DNA from: Saccostrea echinata
Taxonomy: Eukaryota
Direction: 5' to 3'
Length of the DNA: 64,000 bases
NCBI RefSeq assembly: GCF_033153115.1
Contig: NW_026889772.1
Span: 15,562,001 to 15,626,000, forward strand
Position 1 is the stretch's first letter. Each line of letters opens with the position of its first letter. Under the pieces are notes generated by a model, which made no database searches, was not told the DNA's origin, and was given only the letters and a program-made list of their open reading frames with translations. Below are positions 26,316-45,973 of the stretch, piece after piece. Position numbers and translations under genes: made by a program.

Positions 26316-27949
26316 GTGTTGTAAAGGTTGCTTGTCTCAGTTTCAGCATAAAATTTTTCATCTGTGACAACAAACAAGTTTCATTTTTCAACACAGTTAC
26401 CAAACTCTTCACAAATATTTCTTTACATATATTTCTTTGAAGCAATTTATGCTGCAATTTTTTTGTCAGAATTTTTTTTTTGTAAAACTGTTTACAATTT
26501 GGATGGCAAAAAAAAAATTATTATTTATATAATCCTATATATCCCGTAGTTCGAAATTCTTTCTTCTGATAAAGTCTGTCTTACTTACCATAAAGGTTTA
26601 ATTGAATTTCATGCAGAATTATCATAAAAGCACATTTTTCCAGCAAAATAAAATGCTCAGAAATACAGCTCACATTGCTTTTAAAAGCACCAAAATAATA
26701 TGAAATAAAATCTCAAGGAAGACTGGATATGAACATGAACAGTTTTTTATTTTTTCAATGTTGTCATGCACTGATGTTACAGTGATAAAAATCTATTATG
26801 CAATTTAAACAAGTTGAATGCCCTTTATTAAAATGGCATTGGTCGTTCAAACTATTGACACCCCCTTCCCCAAATAACCACACCCATCAACTTCGAATTT
26901 GTTTTCTTGTCATTCAATGCCCAAAAAAAAATGGTGTATTGACATTCTGATATCTTGGACAGAAACATAAAATTATTTCAAAAATCACCCATAATAAAAA
27001 ATTATGTATAGCAAGGAACATTAGGTATTATTACAGAATGCCTTCTGTAAATTTGATTGTCTTTATCAATACTTACATTAGAGCATATTAGATAACAAAA
27101 ACAAAAACAACATTGCATTCATACCCCAAAAAACATAATCTTACAACCTTGATAAATGGACACGTTTCTAAATTTTAATCAAAAATTTTTAAAAATTTTT
27201 AGAAAAAGCATGAAAAAACTTCCAGCGAATGAAATATTTTTTTTTTCAAAATAATTTGGCTATCATACCTGAGACATTAAACATCAGGGATGTCTGATTA
27301 TATCTGGACAGACTTTTAAAAATAACATTAATTTTAAAGGTTTATATAATTAAATACCATAAAATAATCTTTTTGGGGGGTACAAAATGGTAAACAAAGA
27401 AAATAGGCAAATTTGGTGTAGGAAATGCTTATAGCAAATCAAATTCAATTTGTGAAGTAAGTATTTAGAGCAAAGTTCCTCTTATTGAAAGGTATGTAAT
27501 TATGATAAAACTTTTCAACAATAAAAAAAAAAATTGTGGTTTTCTTGGGGTTGGAACCCAAGCCATAAAAATCCCAAGTACAAAACTTTTCGTAAGAGTG
27601 TACAGACAAACTAACCACTTACAAAAACTCACATTCAGAGGTGGCATTTTAAATCTCATTAGTGTTATGATACCTGAATAACTTGACTTCAAATATTTCT
27701 TGGGAAGATGCAACTGTTGCATCATACATGAATTTCTTTTTTTAGGTACATTGGGTCATTGCTCCATGTTTTTGTTATAAACCAAAAAAAAAAATGTTTT
27801 TACACATACTTTGAAAAGAGTGAAATTTTTTATAGTACGAAAAAATGATTATTTTGCTCTCTTTGTTATGTACATTATATTTCAATCATACACATATAAT
27901 TTCAATACTTGTGAGATTATTGCCAATTCTGGAGATTTTATATAAAGTA

Positions 27950-28125
27950 CAGTGTAGCTTCACTATTCCAGATTCCAATAATCCGAACACTTCAACTTCT
28001 GGGAAAATTTTGTAAGGAACAATTTACATTCAAATATACAAATTATGTTTCAGTAATCAACACATTTCATTGATTCGGAAAATTTGCTCTGGAACACAAG
28101 CCTCCACATTAATGAGGTGCAACTG
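27950..28125. mobile_element. Degenerate Tc1/mariner-pogo-type MITE
   Basis: TA|CAGTGTAGCTTC ... GAGGTGCAACTG|TA termini with a TA TSD. Confidence 0.45.
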
Positions 28126-28774
28126 TATAAATTAATGTTAATTGAAATATCAAGGAAAATTTTGTAAAATTGAGATATTTAATTTTTATTTGTTGAACAA
28201 AAGGCATTTTTCTCAGCTTATTTGCCCATTTTCTTAAAGTCTCTCATGTCATGACAATTCAGGTAAAAGAAAATTGATAAGGTGACAAGCATGAATAGAT
28301 TTTCAACACTTATCATTGTAACGTTTAAACAATTTAATATGACTAGAATATGAATTTACTAAAATACTCCCTATCAATCATTTATGGAAAGAAAATGGCA
28401 CATTTTACAAATAAATACATACATGTATATGGTTATTGTACTAAACAGAAAAAACCCAGCAACCATTGATTTATGTGCATCAAAATACAAAACACAAAAA
28501 GTTGACTACTGCAAATAACTTTATGTTAAAAAAAAAAAAGAATTAAACTATGCTTGCCAGCAAACATATTTTGCAGTATCTTGAAAAAAAAATTACAATT
28601 TACACCTTCAGGTGTGTAAGAGTTTACAAAATATCATTTTTGGGTTTACTTATGGCACTTGATACAAAAATACTGGTCATACTTCTTTAATAAATAGCTA
28701 GTAACAAACATCAGATAAAAACAGTTAAGTACATATATGTTGTTAAATCTCAATCTTTTGTTTTCGATCTCCAT

Positions 28775-31700
28775 TTATTCTTTCTTGTCCTTGCGTCGAA
28801 GTGTTGAAACTGATGGTACTTTGACATGACTGACTACAGAAGACCCGACATCGTAGGTTTTTCCTGCAACCCATTTCACACTACCTACCCCATATCCTAC
28901 AGCCCCCGTGGCTGTGTTATACAGACCAGAAGACATCTTCCATAATAAGCCACTCTTTGATCCCTGATCTGAAATTTCAAGTTTTGAAGTACATGGGATT
29001 TTTAAATATTAACTTCTTTAATTTATATTATAACCCTTTGCTCTGTAAACTAAAATTTTCAGCATTTTTGATGACTGTTTATGAACAAGAGATGTTTTTG
29101 AAACACTTATCCCCCCCCCCCCCCCCCCAAATAATTGGAATTTTTCAAAGTCCAAGGAGAATAATTCTGTGAAAAATTGCTCGATCGTACCCAAAACCAG
29201 AACTTGACCTACATATTTTTATGATTAATCTGTATACAAAATTTCATTTCAGTATGTGCAACCTCTGTGAAGAAAATTAACGGAAACTGCAAATAATTGG
29301 AATTTTCCTAAGTACAAGGGACATAACTCTGTCAAAAATTGCTTGATCATATCCAAAACAGAACTTGACCTAGATATTCTTATGATAAATCTGTATACAA
29401 ATTTTGTTTCAGTATGTGCAACCTCAGCAAAGAAATTGAACAGAAACTTGGTGGACCGACAGACAGACAGCAGCAAAGCAATATGGCCTCCCTTCTTTGC
29501 AGGGGGCATAAAAATATATCAAAATTAGAAATATGTCCATAGGACATGAATGCCCCACCCAGGGTTCATTAGTAATGCAACATGAAAATTTGTTCAAGTG
29601 TATGAAGTTTGATGAAAATATCTTTGAAACTGAGCTAAACATAAATTTGAGAAAGGTGAGATCAAAGACACAAGAAAAGGTAAAGAATGTTGATGCAATT
29701 GAATAGCTCTCATCAATATATATAAGTATATAATTAAAAGATCGATAAAAATATCATGAATAGTTCGTTTGAAATTGAGCTAAATACAAATTTGAAGTCA
29801 AGGTCAAAGAAAAGTTCAAGTCAGATGTGCTGATGCAGTTGAAAGCTTTCACCAATATGTATCACCATATTTTTTTATGCCATTAAATTTTCACTAATTC
29901 TTAAATATCTTCCCTTGAAAGAGGGTGTGGCATTTGAACAAACTTGAATCCCTTTCATCCAAGAATGCTGTGTGCAAAGTTTGGTTGAAACTGGCCTAGT
30001 GGTTCTGGAGAAGGTGATATTGTAAAATATTTACAACAACCACAACAATAATTACTACAGACAACAGACGGATTTTGATCAGAAGAGCTCACTTGAGCTC
30101 AAGTGAGCTAAATATTGTAGTAATTTCTGCATGTTACTGACCTGGGACTTCGTCTGTCTTTTTATCACACTGGGTTTGTACAGTTTCACTTTCCTTGATG
30201 TCATCAGCCTTCACAGTTTCTCCCCCTGAGTCAGGATCCTCCTCCGTTATAACACCTGACTGTGGCACAGGACTCTATACAGAATTGTATATTAATTACT
30301 TACCACTGCATATCAAAACAATGTATGTGCTTGTTATTTTCAGGCTTTTCACTTTTACTTTCAGATGATTTTTCTTCAATATATCTGGCCAAATTAACAA
30401 TGAATATTTAGTTACGACATAGTTGTTGTACAATTAATAATACAATGAAACTTCTCAACATTTCCACCCACTGAAAACCAGCATCCTGTCAAGACCAGCA
30501 TCTTTTTTTCAACCACATGTAAAGGGAATGTCTGGTCAGAATTCTAATTTCTGTATATAAAACCTCACCTCTCATATAAAAAGAAAAGCACCATCTCAAC
30601 ACTGATCTGTTGATATAAGCAGTTAAATTTGATATTGACTGCTAAATTGGAGCAGTATGGAGAAATCCTCATCATGGTCAATGATGACATAGTGGAGGCA
30701 CATCAAATATCAGATATATTCAATCAATACTTTTACGGTTCCAGAGTAATAAGTTCAATTCCTTGCATTAAACATAAGCTTTCGGCCAGGTATATTTTTT
30801 ATCATTAAAACCATGTATCTTAGATACATTTTATCTTTAAAACATAGGTAATCAAAGATTACGAAGCTCACCTCGACGAAGGCTATCTATAAGTAAGGCA
30901 AATCTCACATCATATTTTTTATAGTTAGTGTTCATCCCAAGATCAATATCCATACAAGTTTGGTTTAAGAAGGACTTATAGATACTTGGAAATAGACCTG
31001 CTCAAAAAAACTTCTAACCTGTTTACTAATCAAGAAAATTTTGGACAGTTCCAACATCCAAAGCAAGTCTGGAAGTTTTCATCCTTAGATGTACCATCCA
31101 AGCTGTTTAATCATAACATGCCATAATATTATATAGCTACTCCAAAAACATTACTCTGGTCACCCATCTGGAAAATGTAGGTCAGATTCAGAATCCAAAA
31201 CAAGTATGAAAGTGTCCATCCTAAGATACATCATCCATGCTAATTTGATTAAAATATGGCTAAAATTCACTCATCTGGAAAATCTAGGTCAGATTCAGCA
31301 TCCGAAGCAAGTGTGGTAGTGTCCATCCCTAGATGCATCATCCATGCAAGTTTGGTCCAGGTAGGGCTTATAGTTACTTGGGAATAGACCTGCTCCAAAT
31401 ATAGGTCAGATCCAGCATCCGAAGCAAGTGTGGTAGTGTCCATCCCTAGATGCATCATCCATGCAAGTTTGGTTCAGGTAGGGCTTATAGTTACTTGGGA
31501 ATAGACCTGCTCCAAATATAGGTCAGATCCAGCATCCGAAGCAAGTGTGGTAGTGTCCATCTCTAGATGCATCATCCATGCAACTTTGGTTCAGGTAGGG
31601 CTTATAGTTACTTGGGAATGGACTTACTCCAAAAACTTTAACCTGGTCTATCATCTGGAAAATCTAGGTCAGATCCAGCATCTGAAGCAAGTGTGGTAGT

Positions 31701-34046
31701 GTCCATCCCTAGATGCATCATCCATGTAAGTTTGGTTCAGGTAGGGCTTATAGTTACTTGGGAATGGACCTGCTCCAAAAACTTTAACCTGGTCACTCAT
31801 CTGGAAAATCTAGGTCAGATCCAGCATCTGAAGCAAGTGTGGTAGTGTCCATCCCTAGATGCATCATCCATGCAACTTTGGTTCAGGTAAGGCTTATAGT
31901 TCCTTGGGAATGGACCTGCTCCAAAAACTTTAACCTGGTCACTCATCTGGAAAATCTAGGTCAGATCCAGCATCTGAAGCAAGTGTGGTAGTGTCCATCC
32001 CTAGATGCATCATCCATGCAAGTTTGGTTCAGGAAGGGCTTATAGTTACTTGGGAATGGACCTGCTCCAAAAATTTTAACCTGGTCACTCATCTGGTAAA
32101 TCTAGGTCAGATCCAGCATCTGAAGCAAGTGTGGTAGTGTCCATCCCTAGATGCATCATCCATGCAAGTTTGGTTCAGGCAGGGCTTATAGTTACTTGGG
32201 AATGGACCTGCTCCAAAAACTTTAACCTGGTCACTCATCTGGAAAATCTAGTTCAGATCCAGCATCTGAAGCAAGTGTGGTTGTGTCCATCCCTAGATGC
32301 ATCATCCATGCAAGTTTGGTTCAGGTAGGGCTTATAGTTACTTGGGAATGGACCTGCTCCAAAAACTTTAACCTGGTCACTCATCTGGAAAATCTAGGTC
32401 AGATCCAGCATCTGAAGCAAGTGTGGTAGTGTCCATCCCTAGATGCATCATCCATGCAAGTTTGGTTCAGGTAGGGCTTATAGTTACTTGGGAATGGACC
32501 TGCTCCAAAAACTTTAACCTGGTCACTCATCTGGAAAATCTAGGTCAGATCCAGCATCTGAAGCAAGTGTGGTTGTGTCCATCCCTAGATGCATCATCCA
32601 TGTAAGTTTGGTTCAGGTAGGGCTTGTTGTTACTTGGGAATGGACCTGCTCCAAAAACTTTAACCTGGTCACTCATCTGGAAAATCTAGGTCAGATCCAG
32701 CATCCGAAGCAAGTGTGGTAGTGTCCATCCCTAGATGCATCATCCATGCAAGTTTGGTCCAGGTAGGGCTTGTAGTTACTTGGGAATGGACTTGCTCCTA
32801 AAACTTTAACCTGGGACGCCGACGCCAACGCCGGGGTATAGCATAAGCTCATCTCGACTTCGTCGAGGTGAGCTAAAAGTTGGAATTAAAATCAAGTGAA
32901 AAATACAAACTTTTCAAATTTCACCAATTTTGGAAAGATATAAGTGCATGTCATAATTAATTTCTTCTTTTATTTTCCTCAATTCTATTCAGATTCACAA
33001 TGAAAATGCAAGCACTTAATTGGCACATTTCCACTACTTGATTCTAACATGATAGTGTTTACACTTAAAGCCAATGTGCCTGAAGACATCATGAAAGAAG
33101 GGATTGTGGGAAATATTTAGCAAGCAGGATAACCAATTGGCACCCCTCAGCTGATTCGTACTTCATTGATGGAGGCGACGGAGTCATCCGAGGTTTGTCG
33201 AAAGGCACGATAACTTTATCTCTCAGTGTGGCAGCCTCTAGCAGTCTAACTGTGTTTAATTACTTCATGTATATATAATTAAGTAAAAACAAAGGACAGT
33301 ATCAGGTAAAATTTATCAATGACCATCAAATGAATGAAACATCAAAAAGTTACTGCAAAATCAATAATTTTCATTGAGGGGTTAATTTTCATAGTTTTCA
33401 CGGTATGAAGAGGCCCCCAAATTCATGTCCACCATGAAATGAAAAATGTCATATACATAACTACTCAACAATTCTTCATCAGCGAAATCAAATCCCCACA
33501 AACCCCTAGTTGTTCCTCAAACCACAGAAATTTGGCCCCAAGAAAATATGTGATTTTACAGTATTCTAGAAATATTTGATATCTATGCATCTTACAAGGA
33601 GTTGTGTCCCTTGTCACTATTTATTTATTGTGTAAAAGTATGAATTACCGGTATTTCCCTAAATCTTAACTCCCAATTTAACAAACTTGAATACCCCCTC
33701 CACCAAAGCTTACAACTTTTTTTCAAGTTTGGTTGAAATTAACTTATTAAGTTGGTTAATTAAAGAACATTTTGAAAAGTTAACAGAAAAAGGACTTTAA
33801 TGGAAGTAGAAAGATGACGGACAAATATTAATCGAACTTTAAGCTCACTTGAGCTTTTCTCCAAGGTGAGCTAAAAAGCACCTGTAGATGTATTGAGTCT
33901 AACGGTAAACACTGGTAAAAGGGAGTGCGTACTTTAACAAAGTTTTTGAAGATGATATGAAGGTAGCCTAATTCATATATTCATGCAATTTCATAACCAC
34001 TTACCTTGAATACACATTGTTGAATGGTCTGGATTAATGCAGACAT
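28775..34046 (-). CDS. TMEM263: Transmembrane protein 263 (UPF0444) homologue; exons 34046-34005 (first coding exon uncertain), 30274-30142, 28968-28775 (about 122 aa)
   Basis: Last exon encodes GLLWKMSSGLYNTATGAVGYGVGSVKWVAGKTYDVGSSVVSHVKVPSVSTLRRKDKKE*. This resembles TMEM263 ([32 protein letters not shown]...KKKDKSD). GT-AG phases are consistent. Another upstream donor lies near 34315. Confidence 0.8.
29084..29514 (-). mobile_element. HINE/Helentron-type non-autonomous element in TMEM263 intron
   Basis: Ends AACAAGAG ... GCCTCCCTTCTTTGCAGGGGGCATAAAAA. Contains a GACA microsatellite and two ~160-bp internal repeats (AAATAATTGGAATTTT at ~29130 and ~29291). Confidence 0.7.
29890..30112 (-). 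mobile_element. Truncated HINE of the same family as 14115-14708
   Basis: AAGTTTGGTTGAAACTGGCCTAGTGGTTCTGGAGAAG and terminal AGCTCACTTGAGCTCAAGTGAGCTAAA. Confidence 0.7.
30841..32878 (-). mobile_element. HINE/Helentron-type element carrying an expanded 146-bp tandem array
   Basis: Subterminal repeat AGCTCACCTCGACGAAG at 30865. Terminal hairpin AGCTCATCTCGACTTCGTCGAGGTGAGCT at 32846-32874. (GACGCC)n microsatellite at 32815-32832. Confidence 0.8.
31165..32813. repeat. Satellite-like tandem array of 146-bp units (about 11 copies; two units shortened to 118 bp)
   Basis: CATCTGGAAAATCTAGGTCAGATCCAGCATC recurs at 31652, 31798, 31944, 32090, 32236, 32382, 32528 and 32674. Confidence 0.95.
33351..33563. 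mobile_element. Mariner-type MITE (TACTG...CAGTA)
   Basis: TACTGCAAAATCAATAATTTTC pairs with GAAAATATGTGATTTTACAGTA. Confidence 0.55.
33650..33877 (-). mobile_element. Degenerate HINE fragment
   Basis: AACAAACTTGAAT...AAGTTTGGTTGAAATT and terminal AGCTCACTTGAGCTTTTCTCCAAGGTGAGCTAAAAA. Confidence 0.6.
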
Positions 34047-35475
34047 CTTTATGCATCAGACCCTCTCGCAACTCAACAGATGAAGCGCCAAAACGTCAAC
34101 AATGGATGCTGAGTAAAATGCGTCTCTCTAAAAGCATCGGATTAAAATGTTTCCGCAGTTGATAAAATATCATTAATCGTTTAAAATATTTAGAGAAATA
34201 ATGCAAATTCCATGAAATTAAAACTTCAGTTTAACCCACCTCAGACGCGGGACAGGGAAAGACTTGTTAGAAACTCCTTTCACGGGACAGAACTTTTTGC
34301 ATCCATTAGCCTTACCTGCCACGTTGTTTACTCAGCTGAAAAGTAGGCCAGTGTTATGAAAGAAAGGTTTTCATTGGATGATTCACTATCCAACAAGTCG
34401 TTGAGTAAAAGATGCAGTTCGCAGGGGGGGGTGGGGGGGGGGGGGGGTAAGGGGGTCACACTGGTCGTATCTCATGTGTTTGTGTGTGTGGGGGGGGGGG
34501 GGGGAGGGGGGGTTAAGTTCATAGGGTACTCTCAGGATACGCTCAGATGGATCCGTTAGATATAATACATAAAGTTATTTGGCCTGAAATATTTTCATTC
34601 CTTCCATGCTGTTATAAAAAGTCAATTAATTTACATTCTTATTTTTAATTTCTATTTATTTAATTCCCTTTATTTCAATATACATTTATTTTTCCTTAAA
34701 CTATATAAATTATCACTGAAACATATGAGGTGTTGTTTTGGCATTGTCAAGATCATTTTTTATATCAAAACCAAGATTATATATTTTTGTGATATTGTGT
34801 TCTAAAACATTATTTCTGACCTCCAAAAGAATTTTTGAATCTTCGGGAAAAAAAAGGATTTTCAGCGGAGAAGAATACGCATGAATTTTTGATATGATCA
34901 CGAATTCGGAAAGAAAAATGTCGATTATTTTCTTTTATGAACATAAAAATACTACATGTATATGGAATTTCATATGCGACGGTCAATTATAACTCTGCCA
35001 ACTGCTTACTACCACTGCCAACTGCTTATACTGCCAACTGCTCACTGTCACTGCTTATAGATGGTATTACTCAGGTTTTACATGCATGCTTTGAAATGGA
35101 ACATTACTACTGTGAAAAAAGGCATATCCATGAATGTTAATATTGGGAAGAAGAAGGAAAACAGATGCAAAAGACCGAAGTCCAATATTTCCTGACAGAT
35201 GAAGTACCTCAAAAATTATTTTGAATGGGAAAGGGGCCTTATTCAGTAATATAACGATAGCTAAAAATGGGGAGTCTCTAAATGCAGGTTCTTATCTACA
35301 AGTAGTGAAAGCTTTTCATTAGGCGAATTGGGGGGGGGGGGGGGAATAGGATTTTGGGTACTATCACAGTGTTAAATTCATTGTTTCAGAAAAAACTTGT
35401 TTGTCGTAAGTAAAATGTCATTATGAAACTTTTAGCATTTTATTTTCCAATACTATGTAAAACATTACAAGGTAT

Positions 35476-38242
35476 CCCAGGTAGCACAAAACATTTTCAA
35501 AACATTTTACTGCAGTTATAAAAAGGTTTTTTCAAAACATTTCAGAGTAAACATTTTTAAAATGTTTTAAAAACATTTTTCTTTCCCATTGTAACATTTT
35601 AAAAACATTTTAAAAATGTTTTCAAAATGGTTAAGGTAAAATCTTTAAGGAACATTTCTATAGAATGTTTTTGAAACGTTTTAAAAATGATTCGAAAGGT
35701 ATGTTTTGTTTGCATATATTAAACAGTTTCACATTACGTTATAAAAATGTTTTTAAAACATAATATAAACATTCCTCTTCTATATATCTGTAACATTGTA
35801 ATGTCACTTTTCTAAAACATTTTGAAGGAACGTCGTCAAAATGTTTTTAAAACATTCTACATACTGCTTATAGTATAATATTTAAATGTTTTCAGGTGTT
35901 GGTCGTGAAAATGTTTTTAAAACATTTATCAAAACGTTTTCTCCTCCTACAGCTGAAACATTTTATTTATGATTTATGCAACATTTTATAGAAACATTTT
36001 CAAAATGTTTTTAAAACATTTATATCATTTTCAATATTAATGCATTTATTTATTTTCAAAGTATGTTGTAAAAATGTTTTTAGAACATTGACTTTAACGT
36101 TTATTCTTCTAAAGACTATAACATTTTATTTAGCATTAATGCAACATTTTGTAATGTAATTTTCAAAATGTTTTGAAAATATTCACGACTAACCCAATTG
36201 TCTGAGAAAAAAAATGCATAGAATATCCAGAGAAGATTGGGATTAAATGAATAATTGCTTTTAAAAATTTTCCGAAGACATTAATATTACTGCAACTCGA
36301 TCACTTGCGTATCCCGGTATTTTCTTTCTTTTTTTCAATAATACATTTTTTTTAAAAGTCTTATTGAGTTCACAGACTTGTAATCAATACAAAGTTCATT
36401 GAATAAATTTAAGATACTTTAATTTTAAAAAGAAAACAAAATAATAAACAAACTGTTTACAATAATTAACACAGCCTGATTTATGACGGTCTCGCCTGTT
36501 TGCATCATATTTCTTAAACTCCAAGGCAGCAGATTAGGAGTGGCTTCACTGGTCAGTTTCAGGTCAAGATAACCTTGTTATGCAATTCTCCTTCTGGACA
36601 GCGCGTTATAGAGAATAGTGGTTTGCAGCTTATCTAGGCCAAAATTTGAATTCTGGTAAACAGGATGTGCGCGTTTTCTTGTCGCTGATTTTCAAACAAG
36701 ATTTTTGCATCATATAAGCCTGGAGAATGAGCGCCGGATTATTAACATCTGCATTGTGAGTATGCTTTAATCAGAGATTTCAAAAGATAATTTTTAAAAA
36801 TAACCTTTATGTTACATTGTATTTTTGTATGCATATGTGTAGCAAAGACAAAGCTATTATGTATTTGAATTAAATACTTTAGGCAACAACAAGTATACCT
36901 CCTTATCTTATGTTGATCATAATTCTAAATATCTTATTATTGAAACATTAAATCATATTGCAGTTAGATGACCGTTCCAGCAACAGACTTGAATTCCATT
37001 CAAATTGCCACATTTGAAAGAACCGCCTCTAGCTGACAAGACAAAGGCAATTTTTTGTACGTAAATATCATTGCTCTTCAATAATATTATTGTGTTATAG
37101 TTATGAAGAAGCAACAATTCTAATTCTTTTCATAATGCAAATGGGAAAAGTTCTTATGATTTTATGATTTAATTAAAAAATGTTCTTGTATATTTTCATC
37201 ATTTAAAGATCTGAAGTAAATGACTTAAACACTGTTGTCTCCATGTTTACAGGTTCTGCTTTACTGAAAAGATCGAGCGACTTGTTCAATTCCTTCTTGT
37301 GAAGTTTATGTGTGCGCTTCCATTTATATAATAGCTAGATCCACCGCTCTGTGGAACCTACACATATACATGTAGATACATGCATTTTGCGGGATCGTAA
37401 TTGATAACAGTGATCTAGGCCTGGTTATTCTTTTTATGGGAAGGATTTGTGTGATTCTGTTATTTTTAAATTCAGTGAATGGATTTTTTTCTTTAAAAAT
37501 ACCTGTTGGGTTAAAACAATATAACTCAGAACTTGTACTGGAAATGGAACTAAAATGTGTTTTGCATATTGCATAAGGGTTTGTATTAAAATTGGTAAAA
37601 AAAAATGAATTCATTCAGTTGTGATTTATTCTTTGAGAGTTATAATTAAGATGAAATGTATTAAAAGCGCTCTTAAAATCATACAAAATGATGTTCTCAT
37701 GTCATTATTGAAAATGTCTATTGACATTTCAGGAAAGAGATGTCATTGCGACATTTGGGTAAAATGTTTTAAAAACGTTTTAAAAACCATACAAAATCAC
37801 GTGAATAAAACATTTGCAAAAATGTTCTTGTAACATTTTCGGAAAATGTTCTGATAACATTTGCTGAAACATTTGGGTAAAATGTTTTAAAAACGTTTAA
37901 AAAACCATACAAAATCACGTGATTAAAACATTTTTGGAAAATGTTTTTGTAACATTTTAGGAAAATGTCCTGATAACATTTGCTGAAACATTTGGGTAAA
38001 ATGTTTTAAAAACGTTTAAAAAACCATACAAAATCACGTGATTAAAACATTTTTGGAAAATGTTTTTGTAACATTTTAGGAAAATGTTCTGATAACATTT
38101 GCTGAAACATTTGGGTAAAATGTTTTAAAAACGTTTAAAAAACCATACAAAATCACGTGATTAAAACATTTTTGGAAAATGTTTTTGTAACATTTTGAAA
38201 ATGTTTTAAAAACATTTTTAAAATGTTTTTGTGCTAGCTGGG
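35476..38242. mobile_element. Non-autonomous CACTA/EnSpm (CMC)-like DNA transposon, 2767 bp
   Basis: TIRs CCCAGGTAGCACAAAACATTTT and AAAATGTTTTTGTGCTAGCTGGG, with a 2-bp TSD AT on both sides. Dense subterminal AAAATGTTTT/AAAACATTTT palindromic repeats. No transposase ORF. Confidence 0.8.
37751..38200. repeat. About 4 tandem copies of a 118-119-bp subterminal unit
   Basis: ACATTTGGGTAAAATGTTTTAAAAACG at 37751, 37869, 37988 and 38107. Confidence 0.9.
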
Positions 38243-38894
38243 ATTGTACTCTTTAAAAAAAAAGTTCCTAGGCAACATCCAGACACGTAGGAAGTAACAT
38301 CAGTGCCGGGGGGGGGGGCAAAACCCAACAGAAATCCCTTGACAAGTAATTGAAAAAAATCACAGACGTCAATTATATTGAGGAACCTCAACAGTGAAGG
38401 AATGAAGAAAAATGTAATCTATGATTTCAGTGAATGTAACAAAAATTTTATTCTCTACGTATAAAATGTATATGTTGGATTTTAATATATTTTTTTAAAT
38501 ATCTCCTCTCTCTCATTCTCATATAAAGGGCGGCTAAGTCAATATAATTAATTTTTGTATATTAAATTGAATTTTGGATACTACATAAGAAGTACATGTT
38601 CTTTACTGAAATCGCATACTTGTGGAGACTTAAGTAAAAAAAAATCCTTCCTATTTAAAAGAGAAAGAAAGCAAAAATATTCTTAAAATCATTTCTTTAC
38701 ATACTGTATGTGAGTGCTTGCATATCATTCTATAAGAAAGCACTTTTAGTTGAACTTTAACTGCGGCTTTATTTCATCTGTTCGATTTAGTTTCTGTTAT
38801 TATACAGCACGGGTCAAAGGTAAAAATGTTAGGTCAATAGGTAATTTCCTGTGTAAACAACGACAGCTAGCTGTAGCGTAGTTTCATTTCAGCA

Positions 38895-44950
<6,056 letters not shown>

Positions 44951-45287
44951 ATTATTTTTAGGTCACATTGAGCGAGACATTTGATATGTATATATTGTTT
45001 GTCTCCATCTATTTAATGATTTGTTTTAAAAGTTTTACAATGTTAATTAGAATATTTTTATAGTATTTGTTGTGAGTGAATTAAATGGATAGTCTTCCTA
45101 TGAATTCAAAATCACAAGTATTATTGTATGAGTTGTATCAGCCATACTTATCAATTGTGATGTACAAAATGGGATTTTTGCCTCAAAAATCATGCAGTAC
45201 ATGTATTCTAAAACAGAAAAAGACCGAAGAATTTTATGTGTACCAATTTCATAATAGACATTTTATTTTTGATACTGACACCACTAA

Positions 45288-45289
<2 letters not shown>

Positions 45290-45361
<72 letters not shown>
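45290..45361. repeat. (TA)n microsatellite; others at 45909-45968 and 49474-49545
   Basis: Directly visible. Confidence 0.95.
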
Positions 45362-45363
<2 letters not shown>

Positions 45364-45904
45364 CAGCAAAAGCAAAATTCGTAAGAATGCTTATACAATT
45401 CATAATTTTATACCTTCAGTATTTTTATGATGTTGTTACAGTATTCAGTTTCTGTATAATGTATGTTGGTTTTTTTCACTATATACTAGTATATATATTG
45501 ACAGTGTTGTGATTTTCACAACATATAATGGAGTTCTTTTCCATTTTAATTTATACATATATGTTGTGCTGGTTCTTTTAATTCAAAATCCATTAATTTA
45601 TATGTCTAATCTGTATTTTAATGTTTCTTAATTTGGATAATTATGTTTGTTTTTGTGTTATGTGTATGACAGTTTTATGATGTTATTGTGTATTGTTAGT
45701 TATATTTATTGGTGTTTTACATGATGAGGCCGGTATTCTTTTCTAGTACTGTCATCAATTTTGTTTATTATGACACTGTGAAGCATATTCATAACAATAT
45801 GATGTTTTTCTCCTGTTTTATAGAGAACTGAATCTGGTTTTGCTGAATTAATTCACTGTTGGTAAAATGAATAATTTGGTGTATATAACTTATATATGAC
45901 AAGG

Positions 45905-45973
<69 letters not shown>

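Noticed and set aside
31165-32813. Regular repeat array as a CRISPR or coding repeat (ORFs at 31267, 32131, 32423)
   Set aside because: Units are contiguous with no unique spacers, there are no cas genes, 146 is not a multiple of 3, and the array lies inside a HINE in a eukaryotic intron.
34424-34512. Poly-G tracts as a promoter G-quadruplex
   Set aside because: Similar G/C homopolymer runs are scattered through the whole window, so there is no specific support here.
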